The notes under the pieces: generated by a model
What the model saw: the letters and a program-made list of their open reading frames with translations, nothing else
Told to the model about the DNA's origin: nothing
Databases searched by the model: none
Position numbers and translations under genes: made by a program
Assembly: GCF_029227855.1 (NCBI RefSeq)
Contig: NZ_CP074356.1
Length of the DNA: 64,000 nucleotides
Reading direction: 5' to 3' (one strand)
Source of the DNA: Escherichia coli
Lineage (GTDB): Bacteria > Pseudomonadota > Gammaproteobacteria > Enterobacterales > Enterobacteriaceae
Part shown: positions 1-13,016 of the stretch, piece by piece
Layout: each line of letters starts with the position of its first letter
Numbering within the stretch: the first letter of the stretch is position 1

Positions 1-1328
1 TGACGCTGGGGAGCATTCGGTTGAATGCCTGAAAGATTGAAATTGCGTTGCCATATTGCGAGCTGTTTATCTGCAAATTCTTCAGTTAGCTTGTGTTGCG
101 ATTGCAGAAGAAGAATTAAACCGTCCCATTTGTTCAAGTTAGGATACAACCGACAATATGCGCAAGCATGTTTAACTGACGGTGCGTTTTCCAGCAACTG
201 ACGTATTTCCTCGAACGTGAGCGGAACTCGACACCATACACAGATGTTAACCATAAATCGAAGCCCGGAGGCGTCCGGGTTAGCCAGTGTGGTCAGAATA
301 ATCCCTTTGACACCACCATCAGGATTGGCTTTCGCAAGAATATACATAGCGGCTAATCGCAGTGGGAATACATCCTGTAATAATCCCCATTCTGCCAGTT
401 TTAAAATATTGGCATCATGAATGGAGTCCAGCCCGTATAAAGCTGCCCGGCGCTGTGAGGGAGTATATTCAGTCGAGGTGACAACATGACGCCAGAATTG
501 CGCAACATCCATGACGTCATTAAGCATGTTTTTAGCGCGTAGACGGATCAACATATTGTTATCCAGCAGTAATGCGCCGTACAACTCCGGAGGAATTTCT
601 ATAGCTCGGTCAGTAAGGCTAAACAACGTTGCTTGTCGAATACGCGGCCAGCGGTCTTTTAACAGACGAGTTAATACCGCTTCGCTTAACGGTAATTGTT
701 GACGCAGCCAGTGGGTGACCGCCAGCATTCGTAACCCTTCGTCGGGCTGCTTGAGTATTAAAAGCAGCGAAGATTCATCATTAAAGTAGCCATATTCAAT
801 CAGCGTTTGTAATACTGCGCGGGAGAGTTTTTTATCAGGGCAAGTAAGCCAACACGTTAATTGTGGACGGCTATTTTCTGTCAATAAAAATCTAAGTATC
901 TCGTCTACAAATGCACGGTGATCGTAACGCTGGCATTGGAGAAGGTTACGTATCATGGGAAGATTAACGGCAAATGCCGCTGCATTCTTACCCTTCTTTA
1001 AATGACGTAACGCTATGGTTGCAGCAAGGCGAACCTCTTTTACCCAGTCATTAGCTGCAAGTAATAATTCTTCTATAGCTGCAACATCCTCTTTTTGTCC
1101 CAGACATTGCACGGCCTTTTCTCGTATATATCCATTGTGGTGATAGGTAAGCTGGCAAAGAACCAGAGTATTGTTGAGATCACAATCATGCGCTATATAA
1201 TTGCCTGGATCGGCTATCATCGCCTGGAGTTGTTGCTGGATAAGAAATAATTCACAGTCAACAGAATTATTCATTTCGACGTTAAACAAAACCCTGCGTG
1301 TAAATAATGTACGCAATCCTTTGAGCAT
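1..1328 (-). CDS. Hypothetical repeat-containing protein, partial (C-terminus lies beyond window start); possible HEAT/armadillo-like repeats
   Basis: Hand translation of the minus strand from ATG at 1328..1326 (MLKGLRTLFTRRVLFNVEMNNSVD...) stays open for about 442 codons to position 1; AAGGAA Shine-Dalgarno about 5 nt upstream and an in-frame TAA stop 6 codons upstream. Absent from the supplied ORF track, presumably because it has no stop inside the window. Recurrent ~30-40 aa Leu/Ala-rich units. Does not resemble K-12 YegQ, which occupies this position in K-12. Confidence 0.55.
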   Translation of the reverse strand, partial: MLKGLRTLFTRRVLFNVEMNNSVDCELFLIQQQLQAMIADPGNYIAHDCDLNNTLVLCQLTYHHNGYIREKAVQCLGQKEDVAAIEELLLAANDWVKEVRLAATIALRHLKKGKNAAAFAVNLPMIRNLLQCQRYDHRAFVDEILRFLLTENSRPQLTCWLTCPDKKLSRAVLQTLIEYGYFNDESSLLLILKQPDEGLRMLAVTHWLRQQLPLSEAVLTRLLKDRWPRIRQATLFSLTDRAIEIPPELYGALLLDNNMLIRLRAKNMLNDVMDVAQFWRHVVTSTEYTPSQRRAALYGLDSIHDANILKLAEWGLLQDVFPLRLAAMYILAKANPDGGVKGIILTTLANPDASGLRFMVNICVWCRVPLTFEEIRQLLENAPSVKHACAYCRLYPNLNKWDGLILLLQSQHKLTEEFADKQLAIWQRNFNLSGIQPNAPQR

Positions 1329-1450
1329 AATTTTCCTTATCAGTTATGAGGAGAAAACTCATTTCATGATTAATAATTTCTTGAGGGATAGTAACTCTGT
1401 GATGAGAGAAAATAAAGCCGGACGCCAACAACACGCGCCCGGCATCGTAA

Positions 1451-1783
1451 TTACGTATTGTCTTTTACCGTCTGGCTTGTGCCATTGGCTTTAACGGAGG
1501 CAATTCCGGTTTCACGAGATTGCGCGGTGGCGTACATTTGGCTGGAGCCGATAATTTGATGATTGGCGGCTTTCAGATTGAAATAGAATTTGCCGTTGCT
1601 TGCCGTTTTTTTCTCATAGCGTTCTTCTTGCGGGCTGTTGCTACGCACCGACGCGATACCCTTTTCCGCAGAGGCTTTTGAGGTATACAGCTCGCTGGTG
1701 AGGATAGTCTCACCATTGCCCGCTTTTAGCACAAACCGGAACTGATTATCACTGCTCTTACTGAGTTCAAACCAACCAGCCAT
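1451..1783 (-). CDS. yegP: UPF0339/DUF1508 family protein YegP
   Basis: Translation MAGWFELSKSSDNQFRFVLKAGNGETILTSELYTSKASAEKGIASV... matches remembered YegP (110 aa); AGGAG Shine-Dalgarno 7 nt upstream of ATG at 1783. The ORF-track 5' extension to 1822 is rejected. Confidence 0.8.
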   Translation of the reverse strand: MAGWFELSKSSDNQFRFVLKAGNGETILTSELYTSKASAEKGIASVRSNSPQEERYEKKTASNGKFYFNLKAANHQIIGSSQMYATAQSRETGIASVKANGTSQTVKDNT

Positions 1784-1962
1784 AATGACTCCTTGATTGA
1801 AATTGCGTATCGAAAACAGCATCTAAAGGTACTGTTTGCCAATTAAAGTATGAGCGATTTTCTGGTGCCTGCCAGGGCGGAGAGATCATGTCAGTTTGCT
1901 GACCATGCGTGGGATAATGTTGCCGGATCTGGTCTGAAGGCCATCTCCGGCAGGTAAAAATG

Positions 1963-2685
1963 TTAAACGATGCGGCAGGCGTCGGCTTCCCAGCGGTAAC
2001 CGACGCCGTAAACGGCACGGATAAAGGACTGTTCGGCGTCGAGAGATTCCAGCTTGCGACGCAGGTTTTTAATGTGGCTGTCGATGGTGCGGTCGGTTAC
2101 TACGCGGTAGTCGTCATAAAGATGATTGAGCAATTGCTCGCGGGAGAACACTTTTCCTGGTTCATGAGAGAGCGTTTTCAGCAGACGAAATTCCGCAGGC
2201 GTCAGGTCAAGCATTTTTCCGCGCCATGAAGCCTGAAAACGACCTTCGTCGATAATCAACGGGCTTTCAGCATCCTGTTGCTGCAACTCACGCTGCGGTT
2301 TGCAACGGCGCAAAATGGTTTTGACGCGCGCTACCACTTCCCGTGGGCTGTACGGCTTGCAGATATAATCATCTGCGCCAATTTCCAGCCCCAGCAGGCG
2401 GTCGATCTCTTCGATTTTTGCTGTCACCATCACGATCGGAATGTCAGAAAAACGACGAATTTCCCGACACAGCGTCAGGCCATCGGTGCCAGGGAGCATC
2501 AGATCCAGCAGGATCAGATCCGGTGGTGTCTGGCGCACATACGGCAGTACCTGATCGCCGTGGCTAATCAACGTTGGCGCATAGCTCGCAGCACGCAGAT
2601 AATCAATGAGTAACTGCCCCAGCTTCGGTTCATCTTCCACGATCAAAATACGCGGTGTGTTTTCGTCGATTGGTAACTCGGTCAT
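1963..2685 (-). CDS. baeR: OmpR-family response regulator BaeR
   Basis: 240 aa; receiver domain ([13 protein letters not shown]...[14 protein letters not shown]) plus winged-helix output domain; 4-nt overlap with baeS upstream. Confidence 0.95.
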
Positions 2686-4085
2686 ACTTCTCTCTGTAAA
2701 TCCCGTTCCAGCGGTAACTCTACTGTAATGCTTACCCCGCCAAAAGGCGAATGGGCAGCAATAATGCGGCCATTATGGGCTTCAACAATGTTCAGGCAAA
2801 TCGCCAGCCCCAGCCCGGAACCGCCGCTGGCGCGGTTGCGGGAGCCTTCGGCGCGATAAAAACGTTCAAACAATTTTTGTAGCTGATCGTCACTGACGCC
2901 CGGCGCGCTGTCGGCAAAGGTCAGTCGCACCGTTTTGTCGTGCTGCTCGGCAGAGATTTTCAGGCTGCCGCCGCTGTCAGTGTAGCGCAGGCTGTTTTCA
3001 AGTAAGTTATTGAATAACTGCATTAAACGGTCGCGATCGCCAAATACGGTAATACTGTCTGGCAGGGAGAATTGCAGTTTCAGGCCACGGCTGGCAAATC
3101 GTTCGCGAAATGCGCCGCCCGCTACTTCCAGCAGTGGGATCAAATCTACCGGTGCTTTTTGATAGGCGAGAGCGCCTTCATCAGACATCGACAACTGATG
3201 GAGATCGTCAACCAGTTTGGTCAGTGTACCGACCTCCGCCTGTAAAGACGCCACCGTCTCCGGCGTGAATTTACGCACGCCATCCTGAATGGCTTCCAGT
3301 TCACCGCGCAGCACCGCTAATGGCGTACGCAGTTCGTGAGAAATATCGGCCATAAAATCGCGGCGCATTTGCTGGTTTTTCTCCAGCGTGCTGGCGAGCT
3401 GGTTGAAGTCCTGCGCCAGTTTGCCCAGTTCATCTTCACTGGTGGGCGTCACGCGGGTTGTGAAATCGCCCGCCGCCAGTTTGTGCGTGCCGTCCACCAG
3501 CCGTTTGACCGGGGCCAACAGACCACGCGCCAGCAGAAAGGTGGCGAGCGCCGCGAGTAACGTTGCCAGGGCGACAATCAGCCAGCTGGTTTGCCGCTGT
3601 TGTTTATCGAAATTGATATCAGTATTGCGGGTCAGTCGCTCAACAGGGGAGGCAATCACCGCACCCACTTCCGCACCGTTGACCAGAATGGGTCGCCGTG
3701 TACCGTCAGGTGGAATCGGCGCTCGCGGACCAACCAGCACCTTGTTGTTTTGATCAACCACCCAGAACTGAGTACGCCAGCCGTGCGGCGGCATACCCGG
3801 GCCGGGTTTATCTTCCGAATTATCGTGTTCAAATGAACGCAGGATCTGAAAGACAAAGCGATCGTTGTTGCGCAGGAAGCGCCAGTTACCATGCTGCGCA
3901 TACTGCTCGCCAAGCGCATCACTTAACAGCTGTAATCGCTGTTCATTGCCGTGTTTGATGTAATCAATAAAGCCACGCTCAAAACTGATACGCACCGCCC
4001 AGTGCATACTGATCAGCAAGACAATGCAGGTGGCGAAAATCGCCAGAAACAGTTTGCCGGTAATACCAGGTCGCCAGAACTTCAT
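2682..4085 (-). CDS. baeS: Sensor histidine kinase BaeS
   Basis: 467 aa; N-terminal TM segments, H-box ([24 protein letters not shown]) and HATPase G-boxes (GGSGLGLAI). Confidence 0.95.
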
Positions 4086-5497
4086 TGCGCGCTCCTTTTT
4101 CGCCGCGAAATAGCTACATTTTGATGCGTATCGTTCGGCACTCTGGCAAAGATGAACGCCGGAAGGGCGATGATAAACGCCATGCTAAACCAGGTGTACA
4201 TAAAGACGGTTTGTGTGGTGCCGCTGTCGACGCTGACATGCTGCGAACCAAAAAGCCCCAGCAACAGCCCGGCGATGGTGACGCCGATACTCATCGACAA
4301 TTGCATAATCATCGACAGCAGGCTGTTTCCGCTGCTCGCCAGATTGTCCGGGAGATCTTTCAGCGTCAGGGTGTTCATGGAGGAGAAACGGGTCGAGTTG
4401 ACCATCCCTTGTAAAAACAGGACGAACGGCAAAACGTAGTACCAGCCCAGCAGAGCAGTGGTCATAAACAACAGGGTGACCAGCGACAGACCCAGCGTGG
4501 TCGCCACCAGTACCCGACGGTAGCCAAAGCGATTCACCACCTGTACCATAATTCGCTTCATTCCCATGCTGCCAAGCACCATCGGGATCATCATCAGTCC
4601 GGCATGAAACGGTGAGAAGCCAAGGCCAATTTGCAGGAAAACCGGTGTCATAAAGGGCAACATGCCACTGCCAATACGTCCGGCAAAGCTCCCCGCCAGG
4701 CCCAGCGAAAAGGTACGAGTGCGGAACAGTTTCAGACTGAACAGGGCGCGGTTGTTATTTCTGGCGTGCAGCAGATAAAGCACCAGTGCCACCACGCCAA
4801 CTGCGACCAGGCCAGCAATCGCCAGCGGCGATAAACCTGTACCTTTACTGCCGTCCAGTGCCAGGGTTAATACCGCCATGCCAACCGCCAGCAATAAAAA
4901 GCCGGAAAGATCAAAGCGCCGCGTCTGCATGGTGTAGTTCGGCATTAACATCAGTGTGGCGATCGCGCCAATAATCCCCACCGGAATGTTGATCAAAAAG
5001 ATCCAGTGCCACGACGCGTATTCCACCAGCAGACCGCCGAGCGCCGGACCGAGCAGCGGACCGACCTGACCGGGTAACGTGACAAAGGTCATCGCCGCCA
5101 TATATTGCTCGCGCGGTACGATTTTCATCACCGTCAACCTGCCGACCGGCACCATCATCGCGCCGCCAACGCCCTGTAACGCGCGTGCCAGCAACAGTTC
5201 GTTCAGCGTGCCGGAAAGCGCGCAAAACAGTGAACCGAGAGTAAACAGCACGATGGCGGTAAAGAAAATATTGCGCACGCCGACTTTGTCCGCCAGCCAG
5301 CCGCTGGCGGGCAGCATCACCGCCACGGTCAGTACATAAGAGACAATGACCATGTGCATATGCAACGGACTTTCCCCGAGGCTTTGCGCCATTGAGGGAA
5401 GCGCGGTGTTAACGATGGTGGTGTCCAGCGACTGCATAAAGAAGCCGAAAGCCACAATCCACAATTGCCAGCGGGTGCTGTCGGGAAGATCTGTCAT
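4082..5497 (-). CDS. mdtD: MFS transporter MdtD
   Basis: 471 aa polytopic membrane protein with MFS-type repeats; sits in the mdtABCD-baeSR operon with a 4-nt overlap with baeS. Confidence 0.95.
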   Translation of the reverse strand: MTDLPDSTRWQLWIVAFGFFMQSLDTTIVNTALPSMAQSLGESPLHMHMVIVSYVLTVAVMLPASGWLADKVGVRNIFFTAIVLFTLGSLFCALSGTLNELLLARALQGVGGAMMVPVGRLTVMKIVPREQYMAAMTFVTLPGQVGPLLGPALGGLLVEYASWHWIFLINIPVGIIGAIATLMLMPNYTMQTRRFDLSGFLLLAVGMAVLTLALDGSKGTGLSPLAIAGLVAVGVVALVLYLLHARNNNRALFSLKLFRTRTFSLGLAGSFAGRIGSGMLPFMTPVFLQIGLGFSPFHAGLMMIPMVLGSMGMKRIMVQVVNRFGYRRVLVATTLGLSLVTLLFMTTALLGWYYVLPFVLFLQGMVNSTRFSSMNTLTLKDLPDNLASSGNSLLSMIMQLSMSIGVTIAGLLLGLFGSQHVSVDSGTTQTVFMYTWFSMAFIIALPAFIFARVPNDTHQNVAISRRKRSAQ

Positions 5498-8400
5498 TTA
5501 CTCGGTTACCGTTTGTTTAGGTTTACGCGAAAAACGCAGCCGCAGACGGTCGAAAAAGAGATACACCACCGGCGTGGTATACAGCGTCAGAAGCTGGCTC
5601 ATTACCAGACCGCCGACAATGGTGATCCCCAGGGGTTGGCGCAGCTCCGAGCCGTCACCGCCCGACAATACCAGCGGCAGCGCGCCAAACAGCGCCGCCA
5701 GGGTAGTCATCATAATCGGGCGAAAACGCAGCAGACAGGCCTGGAAAATAGCTTCCTGCGGCGTCAGGTTACCGTGCCGTTGGGCTTCAAGCGCAAAATC
5801 GACCATCATAATGGCGTTTTTCTTCACGATGCCGATTAATAGCATGATCCCTATCAGGGCGATTAGGCTGAACGGGGCATTGAACAGCTCCAGCGCCAAC
5901 AGCGCTCCAACGCCCGCCGAGGGCAGGGTGGAGAGAATCGTCAGCGGATGTACGTAACTCTCGTAAAGGATACCCAGCACGATATACACCGTGGCGATGG
6001 CGGCGATAATCAGGATCACCTGCGAGTTCATCGTCTCCTGGAACACCTGCGCCGTGCCGGCAAAACTACCGCGCACCGTCGAAGGCACACCAAGCTGGGT
6101 CATTGCGCGATCGATCGCCGCACTGGCGTCCGAGAGCGATTTCCCGGTCGGCAGGTTAAACGAAATGGTCGAGGCCGCCGATAATCCCTGATGATTCACC
6201 GACAGCGGAGCATTCGCCGGTTGCCATTTAGCGAAATACGACAGCGGGATCGCTTTTCCTTCGTTATTGATAACGAACATTTTTTCCAGCGCGCTGATGT
6301 CCTGGGTATAGCGCGGATCCACTTCCATCACCACTTTGTACTGGTTCATCGGCTGGTAAATGGTCGAGATTTGCCGCTGACCGAAGGCGTTATTTAACAG
6401 GCTGTTGGCGGCCTGCACGTCGATTCCCAGCCGCGCCATGGTGTCGCGGTCGTAAACCAGATTCATCTCCGCGCCGTTATCCTGCTGATCGGAGTTCACG
6501 TCCGCCAGTTCCGGCAACGTTGCCAGTTTTTTGCGGATTTTCGGCTCCCATTCGCGCAGTGCCGCCAGGTCGTCGGATAACAACGTGTACTGGTAACTGG
6601 CGTTCGACTGACGTCCGCCAACGCGAATATCCTGTACCGCCATCAGGAACAGATTCGCCCCCGGTTCTTTCGCCAGTTTTACGCGCAGACGGTCGATAAT
6701 TTGCTGCGCCGTTTCGCTGCGTTCGTCGCGTGGCTTGAGGGTGATAAACATCATCCCACTGTTCACCCGCGAACCGCCGGTAAAGCCGGTGACATTATCC
6801 ACCGCCGGATCGTCACGGATAATTTTCATAAAATCCTGCAACTTACCGCGCATCGCCTGAAACGAAATACTCTGATCCGCCTGTATCCCGCCCATCAACA
6901 CGCCGGTGTCCTGCTCCGGGAAGAAGGTTTTCGGGATCGAGATATATAGCCAGATATTCAGCGCAATGGTGCCAAGCAGCACCACGCCCACCAGACGGGT
7001 ATGATTGAGCACCCATTTCAGCGACTTGCCATAGCCTTGTTGCAGGGCTACCAACATGCGACCAAAACCACGCAGTCGCTTTTGCTCGCGCGGCTTGCTG
7101 GCTTTTAGCATCCAGCCGCACATCATCGGCGTTAGCGTCAGGGAAACCAGCAACGAAATACCAATGGCGACAGAAAGCGTCACGGCAAACTCGCGTAACA
7201 GTCTGCCCGGCAATCCGCCCATCAACAGCAGCGGCAGAAACACCGCCACCAGTGACAGACTCATCGACAGCACCGTAAAACCGACTTCGCGAGTACCTTG
7301 CAGTGCGGCCTGTAGTGGTTTTATCCCCGCTTCCAGGTGACGGGCAATGTTTTCCAGCACCACGATGGCGTCATCCACCACGAAACCAGTAGCAATAGTG
7401 AGCGCCATTAACGACAGGTTATTGAGACTGAATCCGCACAGGTACATCGCCGCAAACGTACCAATCAGCGAAACCGGCACCGCAACGGCGGGAATAATAG
7501 TGGCGCGACCCGAGCGCAGGAATAAAAACACCACCAGAATCACCAGCGCCACCGAGATAATCAGCGTTTGCTCGACTTCTTCCAGCGAGGCGCGAATGGT
7601 GGGGGAGCGATCCTGGGCAATTTGCAGATCAATCGCCGCCGGAATGGTCTCCTGCAACTCCGGTAATTTTGCCCGGATGCTGTCAACCGTCTGGATTATA
7701 TTGGCTTCCGGCAGCTTGCGGATCATCAGCAAAATAGCCGGTTTGGCGTTGGTCATCCCGGCGTTACGTACATCTTGTACAGAGTCGGTCACCGTCGCCA
7801 CATCGCCCAGACGAACCGCGCCGCCGTTGTTGTAATGAATAATCAACGGCTGATATTCAGCGGCGGTTTTCAGTTCATCGTTAGTCTGGATCTGCCAGCG
7901 GTGAGTATCATCTTCCAGCGCCCCCTGCGGTTTACGCACGTTGGCATTGCTGATGGCGGTGCGCACATCGTCCAGCGACACGCCCTGATTAAACAGCGCC
8001 TGCGGATTCAGCCCGACGCGTACGGCGGGCAGCGAGCTGCCGCCAACATCGACATCACCGACACCGTCGATTTGCGAAATCGTCGGAGCCAACTGCGTCG
8101 AGGCGAAATCGTACAGTTCACCCTGCGAATAAGTATCGGACGTCAGCGTCAGGATCATTATTGGCGCATCCGACGGGTTCGCTTTGCGATAGGTCGGACG
8201 GCTGGGCATCCCGCTAGGCAGCAAACTTTGTGCGGCGTTGATCGCCGCTTGCACATCGCGCGCTGCGCCGTTGATATCGCGGTCAAAATCAAACTGCAAA
8301 ATAATGCGCGTGCTGCCGAGCGAACTGCTGGAGGTCATTTCACTGACCCCGGCAATGCGCCCAAGCGAACGTTCCAGCGGCGTGGCAACGGAAGACGCCA

Positions 8401-8575
8401 TTGTTTCTGGTGACGCACCGGGCAGCGAGGCGCTGACCATAATCACCGGAAAATCGACCTGCGGCAGTGGGGCGACCGGCAGCATACGGAAGCCCAGTAT
8501 GCCGCACAGGGTAATGGCGACCGACAGTAAAATCGTCGCCACCGGGCGGTAAATGAAGAGGGCAAAAAACTTCAC
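5498..8575 (-). CDS. mdtC: RND multidrug efflux pump subunit MdtC
   Basis: 1025 aa; AcrB/RND-family sequence ([29 protein letters not shown]...). Confidence 0.95.
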   Translation of the reverse strand: MKFFALFIYRPVATILLSVAITLCGILGFRMLPVAPLPQVDFPVIMVSASLPGASPETMASSVATPLERSLGRIAGVSEMTSSSSLGSTRIILQFDFDRDINGAARDVQAAINAAQSLLPSGMPSRPTYRKANPSDAPIMILTLTSDTYSQGELYDFASTQLAPTISQIDGVGDVDVGGSSLPAVRVGLNPQALFNQGVSLDDVRTAISNANVRKPQGALEDDTHRWQIQTNDELKTAAEYQPLIIHYNNGGAVRLGDVATVTDSVQDVRNAGMTNAKPAILLMIRKLPEANIIQTVDSIRAKLPELQETIPAAIDLQIAQDRSPTIRASLEEVEQTLIISVALVILVVFLFLRSGRATIIPAVAVPVSLIGTFAAMYLCGFSLNNLSLMALTIATGFVVDDAIVVLENIARHLEAGIKPLQAALQGTREVGFTVLSMSLSLVAVFLPLLLMGGLPGRLLREFAVTLSVAIGISLLVSLTLTPMMCGWMLKASKPREQKRLRGFGRMLVALQQGYGKSLKWVLNHTRLVGVVLLGTIALNIWLYISIPKTFFPEQDTGVLMGGIQADQSISFQAMRGKLQDFMKIIRDDPAVDNVTGFTGGSRVNSGMMFITLKPRDERSETAQQIIDRLRVKLAKEPGANLFLMAVQDIRVGGRQSNASYQYTLLSDDLAALREWEPKIRKKLATLPELADVNSDQQDNGAEMNLVYDRDTMARLGIDVQAANSLLNNAFGQRQISTIYQPMNQYKVVMEVDPRYTQDISALEKMFVINNEGKAIPLSYFAKWQPANAPLSVNHQGLSAASTISFNLPTGKSLSDASAAIDRAMTQLGVPSTVRGSFAGTAQVFQETMNSQVILIIAAIATVYIVLGILYESYVHPLTILSTLPSAGVGALLALELFNAPFSLIALIGIMLLIGIVKKNAIMMVDFALEAQRHGNLTPQEAIFQACLLRFRPIMMTTLAALFGALPLVLSGGDGSELRQPLGITIVGGLVMSQLLTLYTTPVVYLFFDRLRLRFSRKPKQTVTE

Positions 8576-11500
8576 TTACGCCTCCTCTTCATGGCGAGCA
8601 AAGCGACTTTTGGTCCACAATGCCAGGCGGTCGAACAGCAGATAAATCACCGGCGTGGTGAACAGCGTCAGCACCTGGCTGACAATCAGACCGCCGACCA
8701 TGCCGATACCTAACGGACGACGCAGTTCCGCGCCGACCCCGGTACTCAACATCAGCGGCAGCGCGCCAAGCAGAGCCGCCAGAGTGGTCATCAGGATCGG
8801 ACGAAAACGTAACAGACAAGCCTGGTAGATTGCCTCGCGCGGCGACATGCCTTGCTCGCGCTCAGCAGCCAGCGCGAAGTCGATCATCATGATGGCGTTC
8901 TTCTTCACGATACCGATCAGCAAAATAATGCCGATAATCGCAATCACATCCAGCTCGCTACCGGCAATCAGTAACGCCAGCAGTGCGCCGACCCCTGCGG
9001 TGGGTAGCGTCGAGAGAATGGTGATCGGGTGAATAAAGCTCTCGTACAGAATGCCGAGCACGATATACATCGCCACCACCGCCGCGACAATCAGCCAGAC
9101 AGTGCTGCCCAACGCCGACTGGAAGGCGAGGGTGCTGCCCTGGAACTGCGTGGTGATATCCACCGGCAGATTCAGCGTCTTTTCGGTGTCCATAATCGCC
9201 TGCACCGCATCGCCCAGCGAATAGTTATCCGGCACGTTAAAGGAGATGGTCGTTACCGGGAACTGATCCAGATGGTTGATGGAAAGCGGCGCAAAACGCT
9301 GCTCAATTTTGGCAATTGAGCTTAACGGCACCACTCCACCGTCGCTGCTGGTCAGGCGAATGGTATCCAGCGCCGCGAGGCCTGGGGTATTTTCGGTGTT
9401 GTGTTCCAGCACCACGCGATACTGGTTAGCCTGAGTATAAATAGTGGAAATCAGCCGCTGACCAAACGCGTTGTACAGGGCGTTATCGACATCCGCCATG
9501 CTGATCCCCAGACGGCTGGCGCTGTCGCGATCAACATTGACATACGCCACCAGCCCTTTGTCCTGCCAGTCGCTGGAGACATCAGATAGCTGTGGCAGCT
9601 GCTGGAGTTTTTCCATCAACTGTGGCACCCAGGTACTGAGCGCATCCAGTGACGTGGCCTGCAAGGTAAACTGGTACTGGGTGCGGCTGACCTGAGTATC
9701 GATGGTCAGGTCCTGCGTTGGTTGCAGGAAGAGATCGACGCCCGGCACTTTATCCACCGCCGTTTGCAGACGGGCGATGACTTTTTGCACCCGATCATCA
9801 CGTTCATCCAGCGGTTTGAGGTTGATCTGCAAACGCGCACTGTTCAGCGACGGGTTAGTGCCATCAACGCCAACAAATGAGGTCAGACTTTGCACTGCCG
9901 GATCCTGCAAAATCACGTCCGCGACCTGGCGTTGCCGCTGGGCCATATTGGCAAAGGAGCTGGATTGCGGTGCCTGCAAAGTGCCCTGAATAATGCCGTT
10001 ATCCTGTACCGGGAAGAAACCTTTCGGAATGAACACCCACAACAGCACGCTAAGCAGCAGCGTGCTGAGTGCCACGCTTAAGGTCAGCCACGGATGATTC
10101 AGCACTTTCGCCAGTCCACGACCATAGGCGGCGATTATCCTGTCGAACATTTTCTCCGAGGCTCGGGAGAAGCGATTCTGTTTACGCAGCGACTCCTGGC
10201 TGAGCATCCGCGCGCACATCATCGGCGTCAGAGTCAGCGACACCACGGCTGAGATCAAAATTGCTACCGCCAGGGTAATGGCAAACTCGCGGAACAGTCG
10301 CCCGACGATATCGCCCATAAACAGTAGCGGGATCAGCACTGCAATCAGCGAGAAGGTCAGCGAGATAATGGTAAAACCGATTTCACCTGCGCCTTTGAGC
10401 GCCGCCGCCAGCGGTTTTTCGCCTTTTTCGATATAGCGCGAAATGTTCTCGATCACCACGATGGCGTCATCGACCACGAATCCGGTGGCGATAGTTAACG
10501 CCATCAGCGTCAGGTTATTGATCGAAAAATCGAGAAACACCATGACTGCGAAGGTGCCGATTAACGACAGCGGCACTGCGACGCCAGGAATAATGGTCGC
10601 CGGAATATTGCGCAAAAACAGGTAGATAATCATGACTACCAGCGCGATAGCCATCATCAGTTCAAACTGGGTATCGTCGACCGATGCGCGGATGTTGGTG
10701 GTGCGGTCAGAAAGCACCGTCACTTTTACCGATTTCGGCAAACTCTCGGTGAGTTGTGGCAGCATCTGCCGGATGCTGTCGGCGGTGGAGATAATGTTAG
10801 CACCGGGCTGGCGCTGAACATTCATCACAATGGCCTGTTCTTTGTTCGCCCACGCGCCGAGCCAGCTGTTTTCTGCTCCTTGCTCTACGGTTGCGACATC
10901 GCCCAGACGAATCGGCGCGCCGTTCTGGTAGGCGATGATCAGCTGGCGATACTCTTCGGCGGATTGCATCTGGTCGTTCGCGGAAAGTGTGACCGCACGG
11001 GAAGGGCCGTCGAGGCTACCTTTTGCCGAGTTAACGTTAGCGCCGGTAATAGCGGTGCGCACGGTTTCGCTGGTCAGGCCGAGGGCGGCAATCGCCTGGG
11101 CGTTAAGTTTGACGCGAACAGCCGGACGCTGGCCGCCGGAAAGCGTCACCAGGCCGACGCCGGAAATCTGCGAGATTTTTTGCGCGACGCGGGTTTCCAC
11201 CATATCTTCCACTTGCGTCATCGGCATGGCGGTTGAGGTGACAGCGAGCGTCATGATTGGCGGATCTGCCGGGTTCACTTTGCTGTAAACCGGCGGGTTA
11301 GGCAGATCGCTCGGTAGCAGGTTGGTCGCAGCGTTAATCGCGGCCTGCACTTCCTGCTCGGCGACATCCAGCGGTAATGTTAGCTGGAACTGCAAAGTGA
11401 TAACTGACGCACCGCCGGAACTTTGCGACGACATCTGTTTCAGGCCGGACATCTGCCCGAACTGGCGTTCGAGCGGCGCGGTAACGGCAGAGGTCATGAC

Positions 11501-11698
11501 ATCCGGGCTGGCACCTGGGTAGAGGGTGACCACCTGAATGGTTGGATAGTCCACTTCCGGCAGCGCCGAAACGGGCAGGGCACGATAACCGATAATCCCG
11601 GCGAGTAAGATCGCCACCATCAGCAGCGTGGTGGCGACAGGACGCATAATAAACAGGCGCGATGGGCCGCCTGTGCTGCTCGGGGGTAACACCTGCAT
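8576..11698 (-). CDS. mdtB: RND multidrug efflux pump subunit MdtB
   Basis: 1040 aa; RND family, paralogous to mdtC; start overlaps the mdtA stop. Confidence 0.95.
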
Positions 11699-12945
11699 CA
11701 GGAGCGTGCTCCTTTTTTCGCGTATTCGCGGCTGGTGGCTTTCTCTTCCGGAGTGGTGGCGCTCTGGGCTTCCACTACTTCCACTTTCGCCCCTTCGGTC
11801 AGGCGATCAATGCCGTCTGTCACTACGCGGTCGCCCGCAGAAATACCTGCGCGGATCACCACTTTCTGACTGTCCTGAATGCCCGGCGTCACCAGATGTT
11901 TGCTGACCTTGTTTTCGCTATTCAGCACCCAGACAAAATGGCCTTCATTGCCCATTTGCAGGGCGGCGGTGGGGATCACCACGGCGTTTTGTTCGGTGTC
12001 GACTAACATACGCGCGTTAACAAACTGATTGGGAAACAGTGCATCATCCTGATTATTAAAGCGTGCTTTCACTTTAATCGTACCGGTAGTGGCATCGATT
12101 TGGTTATCGAGGCTTAACAGCGTGCCTTCACTTAATTTCTTCGAGTTGGTGCGATCCCAGGCTTCAACAACCAGCGGTTTTCCGGCTTTTTGCGCCTGTA
12201 CTACGGTAGCGATATCGCTTTCCGGCAGGGTAAAGACTAAATCGATAGGGTGCGTCTGGGTGATCACCACAATCCCGGTGGTATCACCACTGGAGATTTG
12301 GTTACCAACATCAACCTGCTTGAGACCAACGCGACCATCGACTGGTGCGGTGATGCGGCTCCAGTCGAGTTGCAGCTGCGCGCTGGCGACGCTTGCTTCA
12401 TCAGCCTTAATGGTGCCTTCGGTTTCACTGACCAGCGCCTGTTGGGCATCCAGCTCCTGACGAGATACGAGATTGGTTTTTACCAGTTGTTGATAACGCG
12501 CCAGGTCACGGCGGGCGTTGGCAAGCGTGGCTTTATCTTTTGCCAGTTGGCCCTGGGCTTGTGCTAATGCAACTTTGAACTGGCTTGGGTCAATTTCTGC
12601 CAGTAAATCGCCTGCTTTGACCTGCTGGCCTTCCTGGAAATGTAACGCTATCAGTTGGCCGTCCACGCGGCTGCGCACCGTAACGGTATTAGCGGCGGTA
12701 ATGGTGCCAAGCCCGGTGAGGTAACGCGGAACTGCCTGTTCTACGGCGGTCGCCGCCTGAACCGGGGCTAATGGGCCGGAACGCATACCACGGCGACCAC
12801 CCGCTGGCGATTGCTGCGCTTGTTTCGTCGCCCCTGGGGCTGCACTCCGGGAGTCATTGCGGCCTTGCCAGAACCAGAATGCGGCGATGGCGGCGATAAC
12901 CACCACGATTACGATTACCCAACGGGATTTATAACTGCCTTTCAT
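11698..12945 (-). CDS. mdtA: RND efflux membrane fusion (periplasmic adaptor) protein MdtA
   Basis: 415 aa from ATG at 12945 ([27 protein letters not shown]...), matching remembered MdtA; the ORF-track 5' extension to 13092 is rejected. Confidence 0.9.
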   Translation of the reverse strand: MKGSYKSRWVIVIVVVIAAIAAFWFWQGRNDSRSAAPGATKQAQQSPAGGRRGMRSGPLAPVQAATAVEQAVPRYLTGLGTITAANTVTVRSRVDGQLIALHFQEGQQVKAGDLLAEIDPSQFKVALAQAQGQLAKDKATLANARRDLARYQQLVKTNLVSRQELDAQQALVSETEGTIKADEASVASAQLQLDWSRITAPVDGRVGLKQVDVGNQISSGDTTGIVVITQTHPIDLVFTLPESDIATVVQAQKAGKPLVVEAWDRTNSKKLSEGTLLSLDNQIDATTGTIKVKARFNNQDDALFPNQFVNARMLVDTEQNAVVIPTAALQMGNEGHFVWVLNSENKVSKHLVTPGIQDSQKVVIRAGISAGDRVVTDGIDRLTEGAKVEVVEAQSATTPEEKATSREYAKKGARS

Positions 12946-12998
12946 CGTTAAGAGTTTCTCTTCCTGAAACGTTTCGCGGAATGATACTAGTGTAGCCA

Positions 12999-13016
12999 GC
13001 CAATAAGGGAGAAAAA
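12999..13016 (-). promoter_or_regulatory. Candidate BaeR-binding box in the mdtA promoter
   Basis: Minus strand reads TTTTTCTCCCTTATTGGC, close to the reported BaeR consensus TTTTTCTCCATDATTGGC, about 55 bp upstream of the mdtA start. Confidence 0.5.

Noticed and set aside
217-1494. Three short plus-strand ORFs (217..420, 511..702, 1201..1494) in the first 1.5 kb
   Set aside because: They lie antisense to the long open minus-strand frame (1..1328), lack convincing ribosome-binding sites and have low-complexity translations; treated as shadow ORFs.
5346-11608. Numerous 60-212 aa plus-strand ORFs inside mdtB and mdtC (for example 7775..8413, 10754..11236)
   Set aside because: Antisense to recognisable RND pump genes; GC-rich coding sequence commonly yields long spurious antisense frames.
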